From the NCBI GenBank assembly GCA_010909165.1, contig MU008178.1, positions 322,369 to 386,368 of the forward strand: a stretch of DNA of 64,000 nt, written 5' to 3'. Below are positions 13,041 to 28,743 of this stretch, piece after piece. This DNA is from Anthoceros angustus (lineage: Eukaryota; Plantae; Anthocerotophyta). A model generated the notes under the pieces. That model searched no databases. It saw only the letters and a list, made by a program, of their open reading frames with translations, and was not told the origin of the DNA. A program made the position numbers and the translations under genes. The stretch's first letter is position 1; the number at the start of each line of letters is the position of its first letter.

Positions 13041-16000
13041 TCTCAAATCTTCCTCTTATGAAGCTAGTGAAGATACGGATGCATTTATGGAAGAAGTGCT
13101 ATGAGAGAGAAACCCTTGAACCTTTGTCTATCTTTTATATTGTAGCAATGTCTTTTAAAATTTTTCGTTAGCAGAACCGATATAGGATCGGGATTGTGAT
13201 TCTAACGTAACAATCCTTGTCCACATGTCATCCAGCAAATTTCTGATTTTGAAGAAACTCCTCTATACCCCACCGGCTTAGCCCACGCAAGGCCCAATGC
13301 GTGCGTTGGAGCCCACGGTAGTAAGACAAACAATCCACAGCGTGCCTCCGCATTAAATCCGAACGGACTTCAACACCTAGTTGGTCCAAGTCACTCCCAC
13401 GCAATTTATGGGAAAGCGGTGTTAAGGATAGTTTTGAATGTCTAACAACAACCCATCACAAACCTCCCCACCCTTGAACCCTTGCAGATTTCAAGAGACT
13501 CGGAAAATGAGTGTGATGCACCGAGAGTTATATCAGCGATGCAGGCTTGACTCAATCACGTTCTTGAATGTCAAGGCCGGACAGGCGGGGACCAAAGAAC
13601 TAAGGATGGACTATTTCACAAAGTTCAAAAAGCGTTGAAGTAAATATGGCGAAATAAACTTGGGCTCCAAATGAATCAAGGTCCCATGCTCGCAAGAGAT
13701 GTGTATCAGTGCAGCAGCCACCCTTTGTGCCCTTCACTAGATAGAAGGTTGACCTAAAGCAATTCTAGTCAAATTGTTTAGTCACAACGTTACCGGCAGA
13801 GGAGTGGACCAGCGATGGCGGATCGCAAAGGGTATCGGGCCACTCACCTTCACTATCTCGGTCGAGAATGAGGAAGGTTGTAGGCAACCAACACACGAAA
13901 TGGAAAGCACACAAAGCGACTTATCATACAACTAGGTAGAGCCCGTATAATGTGATGACAAATGGGCACAATCACCTTAAAAGGGTCTCCTCTCAATGAC
14001 CGCACGTAAAGGGAATTTTTCATACCACGACCTTGCAACATAGCACATGCACCTTTGGTTGTTGCAAACTACATATGCTTTGTTGACCTGGTAAATCCAC
14101 CATCAAAGTAACATACCTCCAACGCCACATCCCAAAGACGCCTCCCCGTGTGTGCAGCAAATCGTCGACATTCTCCTCACAACTTCATGTGATTATGTAA
14201 TGCCTTCCATTCATATAGTAGGCGTGTGTAATTCATTACAGGAGCCATGTCAAACATCATATGCAATATGCCATCCACAACGGATGTTGCCGTCGTGCAA
14301 CCAATCAAATTCGGATGATACGTTTAGATTTCTTCGCACATCTTCTCTCCAACCACCTCATCCGCAAGGACCTCAAATTAAGATACCTTCGTCTCACTTG
14401 GTCCCCATTTCAAAAGGAGGAGTTTTGTGTCAATCCTCCTTTTGGTTTCTCACCATGCCGCTATCAACTTAGTTCTCTTCTTTCCTTCAAACTCCAGTAA
14501 ACTCAATTTAGTTAATTGTTAGCTCGCATCACCTCGGGATTGAGGGGTGCGGCATGAAAGCGTTCTTAGGCAGCGATTCGTGTCTGGCGGCTAGGGCTCA
14601 TCTCTTACCAAGATGGGCGTTAATCGGCGGATATTAGCTAGATAGTTCTATAATGAGGAGAAAGATTTAGGCAAATGTTTGCGATGTGAGGCAGATTCCT
14701 ATCACGGAGTCTTTTTAGATAGACTTGACCATCCACAGCTATAATCTATCGGGTTGGATAATCGAAATGAGCAACTTTTGTGTCTAGTTTGTCGTTTGCA
14801 AATAGGTTACAACTTTTCACATCGCAAAGATGGCTTGATTCATCGTGGTGCAAGTATGCGCGGGACATGGTCATAGATACCACCAAACCTAATTGAAGAG
14901 ATCACAAGATCTCAACGCAAATGGAGATCAATGTCATGAGTTTTCACCTTCGTCTCACTTGGTCCCCATTTCAAAAGGAGGAGTTTTGTGTCAATCCTCC
15001 TTTTGGTTTCTCGACAGCCGCTATCAACTTAGTTCTCTTCTTTCCTTCAAACTCGTAAACTCAATTTAGTTAATTGTTAGCTCGCATCACCTCGGGATTG
15101 AGGATGCGCATGAAAGCGTTCTTAGGCGGATTGGGTGTCTGCGGCTAGGGCTCTCTCTTACCAAGATGGGCGTGTAATGAGATATTAGCTAGATAGTTCT
15201 ATAATGAGGAGAAAGATTTAGGCAAATGTTTCTTGATGACGATTCCTATCACGAGTCTTTTTAGATAGACTTGACCAGTCCCTATAATCTATCGTTGGAT
15301 AATCGAAATGAGCAACTTTTGTGTCTAGTTTGTCGTTTGCAAATAGGTTACAACTTTTCACATCCGTGAAAGATGGCTTGATTCTCGTGGTGCAAGTATG
15401 CGGCGAGACATGGTCATAGATACCACCAAACCTAATTGAAGAGATCACAAGATCTCAACGCAAATGGAGATCAATGTCATGAGTTTTCACCTTTTCTTGT
15501 GACTTTGCCTCCAGTTTGAGTGGATCATGCTACCGCTAATTGTATTTTTGATCCAACTTTGGAACTCCCACAATAGAGAACCTTGGGAAAGATGATTAAT
15601 GTAACAAAGGTGGAACAATTGGGGTACATCAATATAGTTAGTTGTGATGGACTTGGATCATGTGATTGATAACCCTCATCCAATGATTTTTTGTGTTTTA
15701 ATATTATTTTAACATTATCGCTCCCAATTCCAAACCACCGCCAAAGAAAAAAGAAGATGGTCTTTTATGCAACATATTGTACTCAATATTTAATTAAATA
15801 TTAAATATATTTATTATCGAGAGTTTGGAATGGAGAAGGCTATATATATGTAGACTTGCGGTCTTAAGTCCTCATCCTTTTCCAAAGGTTGGATAAGGTA
15901 TATGATTATTTGTGATAGAAAATAGAATTGTCACCATGTTTGTTTGGTTACTTGTATGCTTGTTTAATGTGTCCATATTGTATCACAATGGAGTTGTGAT

Positions 16001-16082
16001 GGCAAACATATTGGAGTCTACCCCTTGGATGATGCCAACTTCCTCTTAACCAATTTTCAAAGGCCATTCCTCGAATCGCATA

Positions 16083-17786
16083 ATGTATTCCACTTGTTCT
16101 ACTTTATATTTGTTTGATCCAATAGTCATTCATCAATGTGCATGTGATTATACAAACGATATTTCTTTTGTTTTCAATGGAGTGATTATGCATGTGAATG
16201 ACGATAATTCTTTGGTGAGTGTCTGCAGCTTTCGGATGGTACAATCGTAGATTGCGTGAAGATAGAAGATCAATTAACGTTACAACATCCACTTTTGAAG
16301 GACATGTTATACAAGTATGTATTTATATTCAAGTTACAAGTCATTCTTGTAATCAACAATATCTAGAACATTCAAGTATGGATATTAATATAGTTTTGTT
16401 TTGCGAAACCACCGGTTTCACTAAGACATAATTATGTGGAGTCCACGAATGTCAAACGCGTGCAATCCAAATTTATGAACAAGAAGTGGGTTCATGTCCA
16501 AAAGGTACCATTCCAATTCAAAGGTTCACTTACGAGCAAATGAATAGAAGTATAGAAGTGAAGAGGAGAGTCGACATAAGTCGCGAGGTGAAGAGGAGAG
16601 TCGACAATGGAATGGAGGTCTCTCCTCATGTTGAAGATGATGGCTTTTTATTTGAGGTATACTATTCATGGTCCACATTCCATTTTGTTTACACTTAAGG
16701 GTATTTGCACGATACTAATGAGGATAAATTTGCACGGTGATACTAAATATGAATTGACTCGTATGTTTATGTGAGATCTGGTAGTATACTCAACAACAAG
16801 ACTACTTTTATGGGTAGTGCGGTGATTAGCATTTGGGATCCAGTTGAGAGAGGTCCAAATGATTTCTCAAGCTCATATATTCGTCTTGAAAGCCGGAGAC
16901 TATGGCGAATATAATGGTGTTGATATTGGATGGCATGTAAGTCAAAAGGGTATAGTATTTGTTTGTTTTTATAAGCGCAAATGATACATGTACTTATTTT
17001 CTCGCTTGTTGCAATTGCAGAAATTTCCATTTTGTATTCAAATGACCCTCTACCTCGTTTGTACATTGGATATAAGGTTAGTTCATACACTCATGTGCGT
17101 TCCTATATTTAATTATATTATTTTGAAAATCAGTTGGGTTCCAAACAACAATCCTTTCATCTTATGTGTCCATGTACAACGGTGTTTTAACTTGTTTTTA
17201 CTGGGTTTGTGCAAACTAATCCGCATTTGTGTTCGTGGTGCTTTCCTCACGATTATGAGGGGACAACTATAAATGCTCGGATAAGCAAAGTAAGTATAAC
17301 AATCTTTTATCAACAATTAGACAACAAAATGGACTTATTGACTCTCCATACTCATTCTTAGTTTGGACAATGTGATCCGAGGATTCAAACACGGCTGATT
17401 TATGGTTGTTTATTAATGGACAAGCGGTTGGTTATTGGCCGACATCAATATTTGATGGCTTTCTTTCTCTTGAACTATTTAATCACGGAATGGGAGGCAA
17501 CCTTGGTATGACAAGTAAATATTCATAAGTCATGTTGGGAAATGGGAGACTAGGGATGATGCTCATGGTCCAGGAGTTGGTGGAGTGTATGAAGCCTATC
17601 AAAAGCGGCTTGATGTATTTGATGAAGGATGACAAGAATAACATCGATTCCAAATTTCCTTGATAGAATAGTAATCCATTCAACTTATGAAGACAATTGG
17701 AATGGAAAATCATTCTATGTTAAACATAAACAATATTCTTCACGGTATCCGGTTTTTTTGGTGGGCGAGTGGTTCGGATACCTTAG
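16083..17786 (+). CDS. Neprosin-like gene, copy 4
   Basis: Same motifs. Exon 2 reads in frame to DNGMEVSPHVEDDGFLFE|gt in this copy (ORF 16486..16698). Confidence 0.82.
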
Positions 17787-20309
17787 TCTCAAATCTTCCT
17801 CTTATGAAGCTAGTGAAGATACGGATGCATTTATGGAAGAAGTGCTATGAGAGAAACCCTTGAACCTTTGTCTATCTTTTATATTGTAGCAATGTCTTTT
17901 AAAATTTTTCGTTAACGCAGAACCGATATAGGATCGAGATTGTGATTCTAACGTCGTAATAATCCTTGTCCACATGTCATCCAGCAAATTTCTGATTTTG
18001 AAGAAACTCCTCTATACCCCACCCGGCTTAGCCCACGCAAGGCCCAATGCGTTGGAGCCACCAGTGGTAAGACAAACAATCCACACAACGTACCTCCGCA
18101 TTAAATCCGAACGGACTTCAACACCTAGTTGGTCCAAGTCACTCCCACGCAATTTATGGAAAGCGGTGTTAAGGATAGTTTTGAATGTCTAACAACAACC
18201 CATCACAAACCTCCCCACCGAACCCTTGCAGATTTCAAGAGACTCAGGAAAATGAGTGTGATGCACCGAGTTATGTCAGCGATCAGGGCTTGAGCAAGAA
18301 TCAATCACGTTCTTGAATGTCAAGGCCGGACGAGGGACCAAAGAACTAAGGATGGACTATTTCACAAAGTTCAAAAAGCGTTGAAGTAAATATGGCGAAA
18401 TAAACTTGGGCTCCAAATGAATCAAGGTCCCATGCTCGCAAGAGATGTGTCTTTGATTCGCTTGGCCACCCCTTTGTGCCCTTCACTAGATAGAAGGTTG
18501 ACCTAAAGCAATTCTAGTCAAATTGTTTAGTCACAACGCTACCCCGAGGAGTGGACCAGCGTAGCGGATCGCAAAGGGTATCGGGCCACTCACCTTCACT
18601 ATCTCGTCGAGAATGAGGAAGGTTGTAGGCAACCAACACACGAAATGGAAAGCACACTGCGACTTATCATACAACTAGGTAGAGCCCGTATAATGTGATG
18701 ACAAATGGGCACAATCACCTTAAAAGGGTCTCCTCTCAATGACCGCACGTAAAGGGAATTTTTCATACCACGACCTTGCAACATAGCACATGCTGCGTTA
18801 GATTGTTGCAAACTACATATGCTTTGTTGACTGGTAAATCCACCATCAAAGTAACATACCTCCAACGCCACATCCCAAAGACGCCTCCCTGTGTGCCACA
18901 AATACATCTGACATTCTCCTCACAACTTCATGTGATTATGTAATGCCTTCCATTCATATAGTAAGGCGTGTATGATGCATTTGTTACTGGGAGCCATGTC
19001 AAACATCATATGCAATATGCCATCCACAAGCAGATGTTGCCGCACGTGCAACCAATCAAATTCGGATGATACGTTTAGATTTCTTCGCACATCTTCTCTC
19101 CAACCACCTCATCCAAGGACCTCAAATTAAGATACCTTCGTCTCACTTGGTCCCCATTTCAAAAGGAGGAGTTTTGTGTCAATCCTCCTTTTGGTTTCTC
19201 ACCAGCCCGCTATCAACTTAGTTCTCTTCTTTCCTTCAAACTCCGTAAACTCAATTTAGTTAATTGTTAGCTCGCATCACCTCGAGATTGAGGTCGGGTG
19301 CGGCATGAAAGGCGTTCTTAGACGGCGCTGATTGCACGAGGCGGCTAGGGCTCATCTCTTACCAAGATGGTCATGAATCGGAGATATTAGCTAGATAGTT
19401 CTATAATGAGGAGAAAGATTTAGGCAAATGTTTCATCGATGTGAGACGATTCCTATCACGGAGTCTTTTAGATAGACTTGACCACAGCTATAATCTATCG
19501 GGTTGGATAATCGAAATGAGCAACTTTTGTGTCTAGTTTGTCGTTTTGCAAATAGGTTACAACTTTTCACATCCTGTGAAAGATGGCTTGATTACGATCG
19601 TGGTGCAAGTATGCATCGGCAGACATGGTCATAGATACCACCAAACCTAATTGAAGAGATCACAAGATCTCAACGCAAATGGAGATCAATGTCATGAGTT
19701 TTCACCTTCGTCTTGCTTTGCCTCCAGTTTGAGTGGATCATGCTACCGCTAATTGTATTTTTGATCCAACTTTGGAACTCCCACAATAGAGAACCTTGGG
19801 AAAGATGATTAATCTGTAACAAAGGTCTTAGGAACAATTTGGGGTACATCAATATAGTTAGTTGTGATGGACTTGGATCATGTGATTGATAACCCTCATC
19901 CAATGATTTTTTTGTGTTTTAATATTATTTTAACATTATCGCTCCCAATTCCAAACCCAATTCGGCCAAAGAAAAGAAGATGGTCTTTTATGCAGAAACA
20001 TATTGTACTCAATATTTAATTAAATATTAAATATATTTATTATCGAGAGTTTGGAATGGAGAAGGCTATATATATGTAGACTTGCAGGTCTTAAGTCCTC
20101 ATCCTTTTCGATCTTTGGGGATAAGGTATATGATTATTTGTGATAGAAAATAGAATTGTCACCATGTTTGTTTGGTTACTTGTATGCTTGTTTAATGTGT
20201 CCATATTGTATCACAATGGAGTTGTGATGGCAAACATATTGAGTCTACCCCTTGGATGATGCCAACTTCCTCTTAACCAATTTTCAAAGGCCATTCCTCG
20301 AATCGCATA

Positions 20310-22018
20310 ATGTATTCCACTTGTTCTACTTTATATTTGTTTGATCCAATAGTCTTCATCAATGTGCATGTGATTATACAAACGATATTTCTTTTGTTTT
20401 CAATGGAGTGATTATGCATGTGATGACGATAATTCTTTGGTGAGTGTCCTGACTTCGGATGGTACAATCGTGATTGCGTGAAGATAGAAGATCAATTAAC
20501 GTTACAACATCCACTTTTGAAGGACATGTTATACAAGTATGTATTTATATTCAAGTTACAAGTCATTCTTGTAATCAACAATATCTAGAACATTCAAGTA
20601 TGGATATTAATATAGTTTTGTTTTGCGAAACCACCGGTTTCACTAAGACATAATTATGGAGTCCACGAATGTCAAACGTGCAATCCAAATTTATGAACAA
20701 GAAGTGGGTTCATGTCCAAAAGGTACCATTCAATTCAAAGGTTCACTTACGAGCAAATGAATAGAAGTATAGAAGTGAAGAGGAGAGTCGACATAAGTCA
20801 TGGTGAAGAGGAGTCGACAATGGACGGAGGTCTCTCCTCATGTTGAAGATGATGGCTTTTTATTTTGAGGTATACTATTCATGGTCCACATTCCATTTTG
20901 TTTACACTTAAGGGTATTTGCACGATACTAATGAGGATAAATTTGCAGTGATACTAAATATGAATTGACTCGTATGTTTATGTGAGATACGAGGCCGTAT
21001 ACTACATGCAACAACAAGACTACTTTTATGGAGGTAGTGCGGTGATTAGCATTTGGGATCCAGTTGTGAGAGAGGTCCAAATGATTTCTCAAGCTCATAT
21101 ATTCGTCTTGAAAGCCGTGGAGACTATATGAATATAATGGTGTTGATATTGGATGGCATGTAAGTCAAAAGGGTATAGTATTTGTTTGTTTTTATAAGCG
21201 CAAATGATACATGTACTTATTTTTCTCGCTTGTTGCAATTGCAGAAATTTCCATTTTGTATTCAAATGACCCTCTACCTCGTTTGTACATTGGATATAAG
21301 GTTAGTTCATACACTCATATGCGTTCCTATATTTAATTATATTATTTTGAAAATCAGTTGGGTTCCAAACAACAATCCTTTCATCTTATGTGTCCATGTA
21401 CAACGGTGTTTTAACTTGTTTTCTGGGTTTGTGCAAACTAATCCGACATTTGTGTTGATGGTGCTTTCCTCACGATTATGAGGGGACAACTATAAATGCT
21501 CGGATAAGCAAAGTAAGTATAACAATCTTTTATCAACAATTAGACAACAAAAATGGACTTATTGACTCTCCATACTCATTCTTAGTTTGGACAATGTGAT
21601 CCGTGATTCAAACACGGCTGATTTATGGTTGTTTATTAATGGACAAGCGGTTGGTTATTGGCCGACATCAATATTTGATGGCTTTCTTTCTCTTGAACTA
21701 TTTAATCACGGAATGGGAGGCAACCTTGGTATGACAAGTAAATATTCGCAAGTCATGTTGGGAAATGGGAGACTAGGACATGCTGCTCATGGTCCAAAGA
21801 CAAAGTTGGTGGAGTGTCTGAAGCCTATCAAAAGCGGCTTGATGTATTTGATGAAGGATGACAAGAATAACATCTTGATTCCAAATTTCCTTGATAGAAT
21901 AGTAATCCATTCAACTTATGAAGACAATTGGAATGGAAAATCATTCTATGTTCATTGCGTAACAATATTCTTCCCGGTATCTGGTTTTTTTGGTGGGCGA
22001 GTGGTTCGGATACCTTAG
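20310..22018 (+). CDS. Neprosin-like gene, copy 5
   Basis: The last exon is nearly open in ORF 21587..22018 (DSNTADLWLFINGQAVGYWP...FFGGRVVRIP*). Confidence 0.82.
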
Positions 22019-24541
22019 TCTCAAATCTTCCTCTTATGAAGCTAGTGAAGAATCTGGATGCATTTATGGAAGAAGTGCTATGAGAGAAACCCTTGAACCT
22101 TTGTCTATCTTTTATATTGTAGCAATGTCTTTTAAAATTTTTAGGTTAACGCAGAACCGATATAGGATCGAGGATTGTGATTCTAACGTCGTAACAATCC
22201 TTGTCCACATGTCATCCAGCAAATTTCTGATTTTGAAGAAACTCCTCTATACCCCACAGCTTACATGAGGCCCAATGCGTGCGTTGGAGCCAAGTGGTAA
22301 GACAAACAATCCACACAACGTACCTCCGCATTAAACCGAACGGACTTCAACACCTAGTTGGTCCAAGTCACTCCCACGCAATTTATGGGAAGCGGTGTTA
22401 AGGATAGTTTTGAATGTCTAACAACAACCCATCACAAACCTCCCCACCCGAACCCTTGCGGATTTCAAGAGACTCCGGGGAAAATGAGTGTGATGCACCG
22501 AGTTATGTCAACGCGATGCAGGGCTTGATAGAATCAATCACGTTCTTGAATGTCAAGGCTGGACAATGAGGCGGGGACCAAAGAACTAAGGATGGACTAT
22601 TTCACAAAGTTCAAAAACGTTGAAGTAAATATGGCGAAATAAACTTGCTCCAAATGAATCAAGGTCCCATGCTCGCAAGAGATGTGTCGTTACCTTGGCC
22701 ACCTTTTGTGCCCTTCACTAGATAGAAGGTTGACCTAAAGCAATTCTAGTCAAATTGTTTAGTCACAGCGTTCAAGCCGAGGAGTGGACCAGCGTAGGAT
22801 CGCAAAGGGTATCGTGCCACTCACCTTCACTATCTCGGTCGAGAATGAGGAAGGTTGTAGGCAACCAACACACGAAATGGAAAGCCGCACAAACGACTTA
22901 TCATACAACTAGGTAGAGCCGTATAATGTGATGACAAATGGGCACAATCACCTTAAAAGGGTCTCCTCTCAATGACCGCACGTAAAGGGAATTTTTCATA
23001 CCACGACCTTGCAACATAGCACATGCTGCGTTAGATTGTTGCAAACTACATATCTTTGTTGACTGGTAAATCCACCATCAAAGTAACATACCTCCAACGC
23101 CACATCCCAAAGAGGCGCCTCCACTGTGTGCCAGCAAATACGTCTGACATTCTCCTCACAACTTCATGTGATTATGTAATGCCTTCCATTCATATAGTAA
23201 GAGCGTGTGTAATTACATTACTGGGAGCCATGTCAAACATCATATGCAATATGCCATCCACAAGCAGATGTTGCCGTCGTGCAACCAATCAAATTCGGAT
23301 GATACGTTTAGATTTCTTAGCATCTTCTCTCCAACCACCTCATCCGCAAGGACCTCAAATTAAGATACCTTCGTCTCACTTGGTCCCCCATTTCAAAAGG
23401 AGGAGTTTTGTGTCAATCCTCCTTTTGGTTTCTCGCTTGTCGCTATCAACTTAGTTTTCTTCTTTCCTTCAAACTCAGAAACTCAATTTAGTTAATTGTT
23501 AGCTCGCATCACCTCGGGATTGAGGCCCAGTGCGGCATGAAAGCGTTCTTGCGGCGATTCGGTGTCTGGCGGCTAGGGCTCTGTCTCTTACCAAGATGGC
23601 TGTTAATCGGGATATTAGCTAGATAGTTCTATAATGAGGAGAAAGATTTAGGCAAATGTTTCGATGTGAGACGATTCCTATCACAGTCTTTTAGATAGAC
23701 TTGACCGATCACAGCTATAATCTATCGGGTTGGATAATCGAAATGAGCAACTTTTGTGTCTAGTTTGTCGCTTTGCAAATAGGTTACAACTTTTCACATC
23801 ACAGCGAAAGATGGCTTGATTACGATCGTGGTGCAAGTATGCGTCAGACATGGTCATAGATACCACCAAACCTAATTGAAGAGATCACAAGATCTCAACG
23901 CAAATGGAGATCAATGTCATGAGTTTTCACCTTCGTCTTGTGACTTTGCCTCCAGTTTGAGTGGATCATGCTACCGCTAATTGTATTTTTGATCCAACTT
24001 TGGAACTCCCACAATAGAGAACCTTGGGAAAGATGATTAATCTGTAACAAAGGTGCTTGGAACAATTTGGGGTACATCAATATAGTTAGTTGTGATGGAC
24101 TTGGATCATGTGATTGATAACCCTCATCCAATGATTTTTTTGTGTTTTTAATATTATTTTAACATTATCGCTCCCAATTCCAAACCCAATTACGGCCAAA
24201 GAAAAAGAAGATGGTCTTTTATGCCTGAAACATATTGTACTCAATATTTAATTAAATATTAAATATATTTATTATCGAGAGTTTGGAATGGAGAAGGCTA
24301 TATATATGTAGACTTGCAGGTCTTAAGTCCTCATCCTTTTCGGTCTTTGAGGATAAGGTATATGATTATTTGTGATAGAAAATAGAATTGTCACCATGTT
24401 TGTTTGGTTACTTGTATGCTTGTTTAATGTGTCCATATTGTATCACAATGGAGTTGTGATGGCAAACATATTGGAGTCTACCCCTTGGATGATGCCAACT
24501 TCCTCTTAACCAATTTTCAAAGGCCATTCCTCGAATACATA

Positions 24542-26249
24542 ATGTATTCCACTTGTTCTACTTTATATTTGTTTGATCCAATAGTCATTCATCAATGTGC
24601 ATGTGATTATACAAAGCGATATTTCTTTTGTTTTCAATGGAGTGATTATGCATGTGAGACGATAATTCTTTGGTGAGTGTCCTGCTGACTTGGATGGTAC
24701 AATCGTAGATTGCGTGAAGATAGAAGATCAATTAACGTTACAACATCCACTTTTTGAAGGACATGTTATACAAGTATGTATTTATATTCAAGTTACAAGT
24801 CATTCTTGTAATCAACAATATCTAGAACATTCAAGTATGGATATTAATATAGTTTTGTTTTGCGAAACCACGGTTTCACTAAGACATAATTATGTGGAGT
24901 CCACGAATGTCAAGCGTGCAATCCAAATTTATGAACAAGAAGTGGGTTCATGTCCAAAAGGTACCATTCCAATTCAAAGGTTCACTTACGAGCAAATGAA
25001 TAGAAGTATAGAAGTGAAGAGGAGAGTCGACATAAGTCGCGAGGTGAAGAGGAGAGTCGACAATGGACGGAGGTCTCTCCTCATGTTGAAGATGATGGCT
25101 TTTTATTTGAGGTATACTATTCATGGTCCACATTCCATTTTGTTTACACTTAAGGGTATTTGCAACGATACTAATGAGGATAAATTTGCGGTGATACTAA
25201 ATATGAATTGACTCGTATGTTTATGTGAGATACAGGGCCGTATACTGTACAACAACAAGACTACTTTTATGGAGTCTGGTCTGGTGATTAGCATTTGGGA
25301 TCCAGTTGTGAGAGAGGTCCAAATGATTTCTCAAGCTCATATATTATCTTGAAAGCCGTGGAGACTATGGCGAATATAATGGTGTTGATATTGGATGGCA
25401 TGTAAGTCAAAAGGGTATAGTATTTGTTTGTTTTTATAAGCGCAAATGATACATGTACTTATTTTTCTCGCTTGTTGCAATTAAAATTTCCATTTTGTAT
25501 TCAAATGACCCTCTACCTCGTTTGTACATTGGATATAAGGTTAGTTCATACACTCATATGCGTTCCTATATTTAATTATATTATTTTGAAAATCAGTTGG
25601 GTTCCAAACAACAATCCTTTCATCTTATGTGCGGTCCATGTACAACGGTGTTTTAACTTGTTTTTGCTGGGTTTGTGCAAACTAATCCGGCATTTGTGTT
25701 CGTGGTGCTTTCCTCACGATTATGAGGGACAACTATAAATGCTCGGATAAGCAAAGTAAGTATAACAATCTTTTATCAACAATTAGACAACAAAATGGAC
25801 TTATTGACTCTCCATACTCATTCTTAGTTTGGACAATGTGATCCGAGATTCAAACACGGCTGATTTATGGTTGTTTATTAATGGACAAGCGATTGGTTAT
25901 TAGTGACATCAATATTTGATGGCTTTCTTTCTCTTGAACTATTTAATCACAGAATGGGAGGCAACCTTGGTATGACAAGTAAATATTCGCAAGTCATGTT
26001 GGGAAATGGGAGACTAGGACGGATGCTCATGGTCCTCCGGAGGTTGGTGACAGGTGTAGGCCTATCAAAGCAACTTGATGTATTTGATGAAGGATGACAA
26101 GAATAACATCGATTCCAAATTTCCTTGATAGAATAGTAATCCATTCAACTTATGAAGACAATTGGAATGGAAAATCATTCTATGTTCACAAACAATATTC
26201 TTCACGGTATCCGGTTTTTTTTGGTGGGCGAGTGGTTCGGATACCTTAG
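24542..26249 (+). CDS. Neprosin-like gene, copy 6
   Basis: ORFs 24690..25211 and 25424..25738 carry the same motifs. Confidence 0.82.
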
Positions 26250-28743
26250 TCTCAAATCTTCCTCTTATGAAGCTAGTGAAGATGGATGCATTTATGGAAG
26301 AAGTGCTATGAGAGAGAAACCCTTGAACCTTTGTCTATCTTTTATATTGTAGCAATGTCTTTTAAAATTTTTCGTTAAGGCAGAGTATAGGATCGGGGAT
26401 TGTGATTCTAACGTCGTAACAATCCTTGTCCACATGTCATCCAGCAAATTTCTGATTTTGAAGAAACTCCTCTATACCCCACCGGCTTAGCCGCAAGGCC
26501 CAATGCCGTGCGTTGGAGCCCAGTGGTAAGACAAACAATCCACACAACGTACCTCCGCATTAAATCCGACGGACTTCAACACCTAGTTGGTCCAAGTCAC
26601 TCCCACGCAATTTATGGAAGCGGTGTTAAGGATAGTTTTGAATGTCTAACAACAACCCATCACAAACCTCCCCAAGACCCTTGCAGATTTCAAGAGACTC
26701 GGGGAAAATGAGTGTGATGCAGAGTTATGTCACGTGATGCTTGACAAGAGAATCAATCACGTTCTTGAATGTCAAGGCGGAATGAGGACAAAGAACTAAG
26801 GATGGACTATTTCACAAAGTTCAAAAAGCGTTGAAGTAAATATGGCGAAATAAACTTGGGCTCCAAATGAATCAAGGTCCCATGCTACTTAGAGATGTGT
26901 CTTTGGATTGCTTGGCCACCCTTTTGTGCCCTTCACTAGATAGAAGGTTGACCTAAAGCAATTCTAGTCAAATTGTTTAGTCTGGCGTTACGCCGATGAG
27001 TGGACCAGCGATGGCAGATCGCAAAGGGTATCGGGCCACTCACCTTCACTATCTCGGTCGAGAATGAGGAAGGTTGTAGGCAACCAACACACGAAATGGA
27101 AAGCACACAAAAGCGACTTATCATACAACTAGGTAGAGCAGTATAATGTGATGACAAATGGGCACAATCACCTTAAAAGGTCTCCTCTCAATGACCGCAC
27201 GTAAAGGGAATTTTTCATACCACGACCTTGCAACATAGCACATACTGCGTTAGATTGTTGCAAACTACATATGCTTTGTTGACTGGTAAATCCACCATCA
27301 AAGTAACATACCTCCAACGCCACATCCCAAAGGCGCCTCCTGTGTGCACAGCAAATACGTCGACATTCTCCTCACAACTTCATGTGATTATGTAATGCCT
27401 TCCATTCATATAGTAGGCGTGTGTAATTACATTGTACGATGGGAGCCATGTCAAACATCATATGCAATATGCCATCCACAAACAGATGTTGCCGTCGTGC
27501 AACCAATCAAATTCGGATGATACGTTTAGATTTCTTCGCACATCTTCTCTCCAACCACCTCATCCAAAAGGACCTCAAATTAAGATACCTTCGTCTCACT
27601 TGGTCCCCATTTCAAAAGGAGGAGTTTTGTGTCAATCCTCCTTTTGGTTTCTCGGCTTGTGCCGCTATCAACTTAGTTTTCTTCTTTCCTTCAAACTCAG
27701 TAAACTCAATTTAGTTAATTGTTAGCTCGCATCACCTCGATTGAGGAGTGCGGCATGAAAGGCGTTCTTAGGCAGCCGATTCGGTGTCTGAGCTGGCTCT
27801 CTTACCAAGATGGTGGTAATCGAGATATTAGCTAGATAGTTCTATAATGAGGAGAAAGATTTAGGCAAATGTTTCGATGTGAGACGATTCCTATCACGAG
27901 TCTTTTAGATAGACTTGACCGATCCGGCTATAATCTATCGGGTTGGATAATCGAAATGAGCAACTTTTGTGTCTAGTTTTGTCGTTTTGCAAATAGGTTA
28001 CAACTTTTCACATCCCGTGAAAGATGGCTTGATTAATTGCAAGTATGCGGTCTGGACATGGTCATAGATACCACCAAACCTAATTGAAGAGATCACAAGA
28101 TCTCAACGCAAATGGAGATCAATGTCATGAGTTTTCACCTTTAGTCTTGTGACTTTGCCTCCGGTTTGAGTGGATCATGCTACAGCTAATTGTATTTTTG
28201 ATCCAACTTTGGAACTCCCACAATAGAGAACCTTGGGAAAGATGATTAATCTGTAACAAAGGTCTTGAACAATTTGGGGTACATCAATATAGTTAGTTGT
28301 GATGGACTTGGATCATGTGATTGATAACCCTCATCCAATGATTTTTTTGTGTTTTTAATATTATTTTAACATTATCGCTCCCAATTCCAAACCCAATTCG
28401 GCCAAAGAAAAAGAAGATGGTCTTTTATGCAACATATTGTACTCAATATTTAATTAAATATTAAATATATTTATTATCGAGAGTTTGGAATGGAGAAGGC
28501 TATATATATGTAGACTTAGGGTCTTAAGTCCTCATCCTTTTCCAGTCTTTGGGGATAAGGTATATGATTATTTGTGATAGAAAATAGAATTGTCACCATG
28601 TTTGTTTGGTTACTTGTATGCTTGTTTAATGTGTCCATATTGTATCACAATGGAGTTGTGATGGCAAACATATTGAGTCTACCCCTTGGATGATGCCAAC
28701 TTCCTCTTAACCAATTTTCAAAGGCCATTCCTCGAATCGCATA

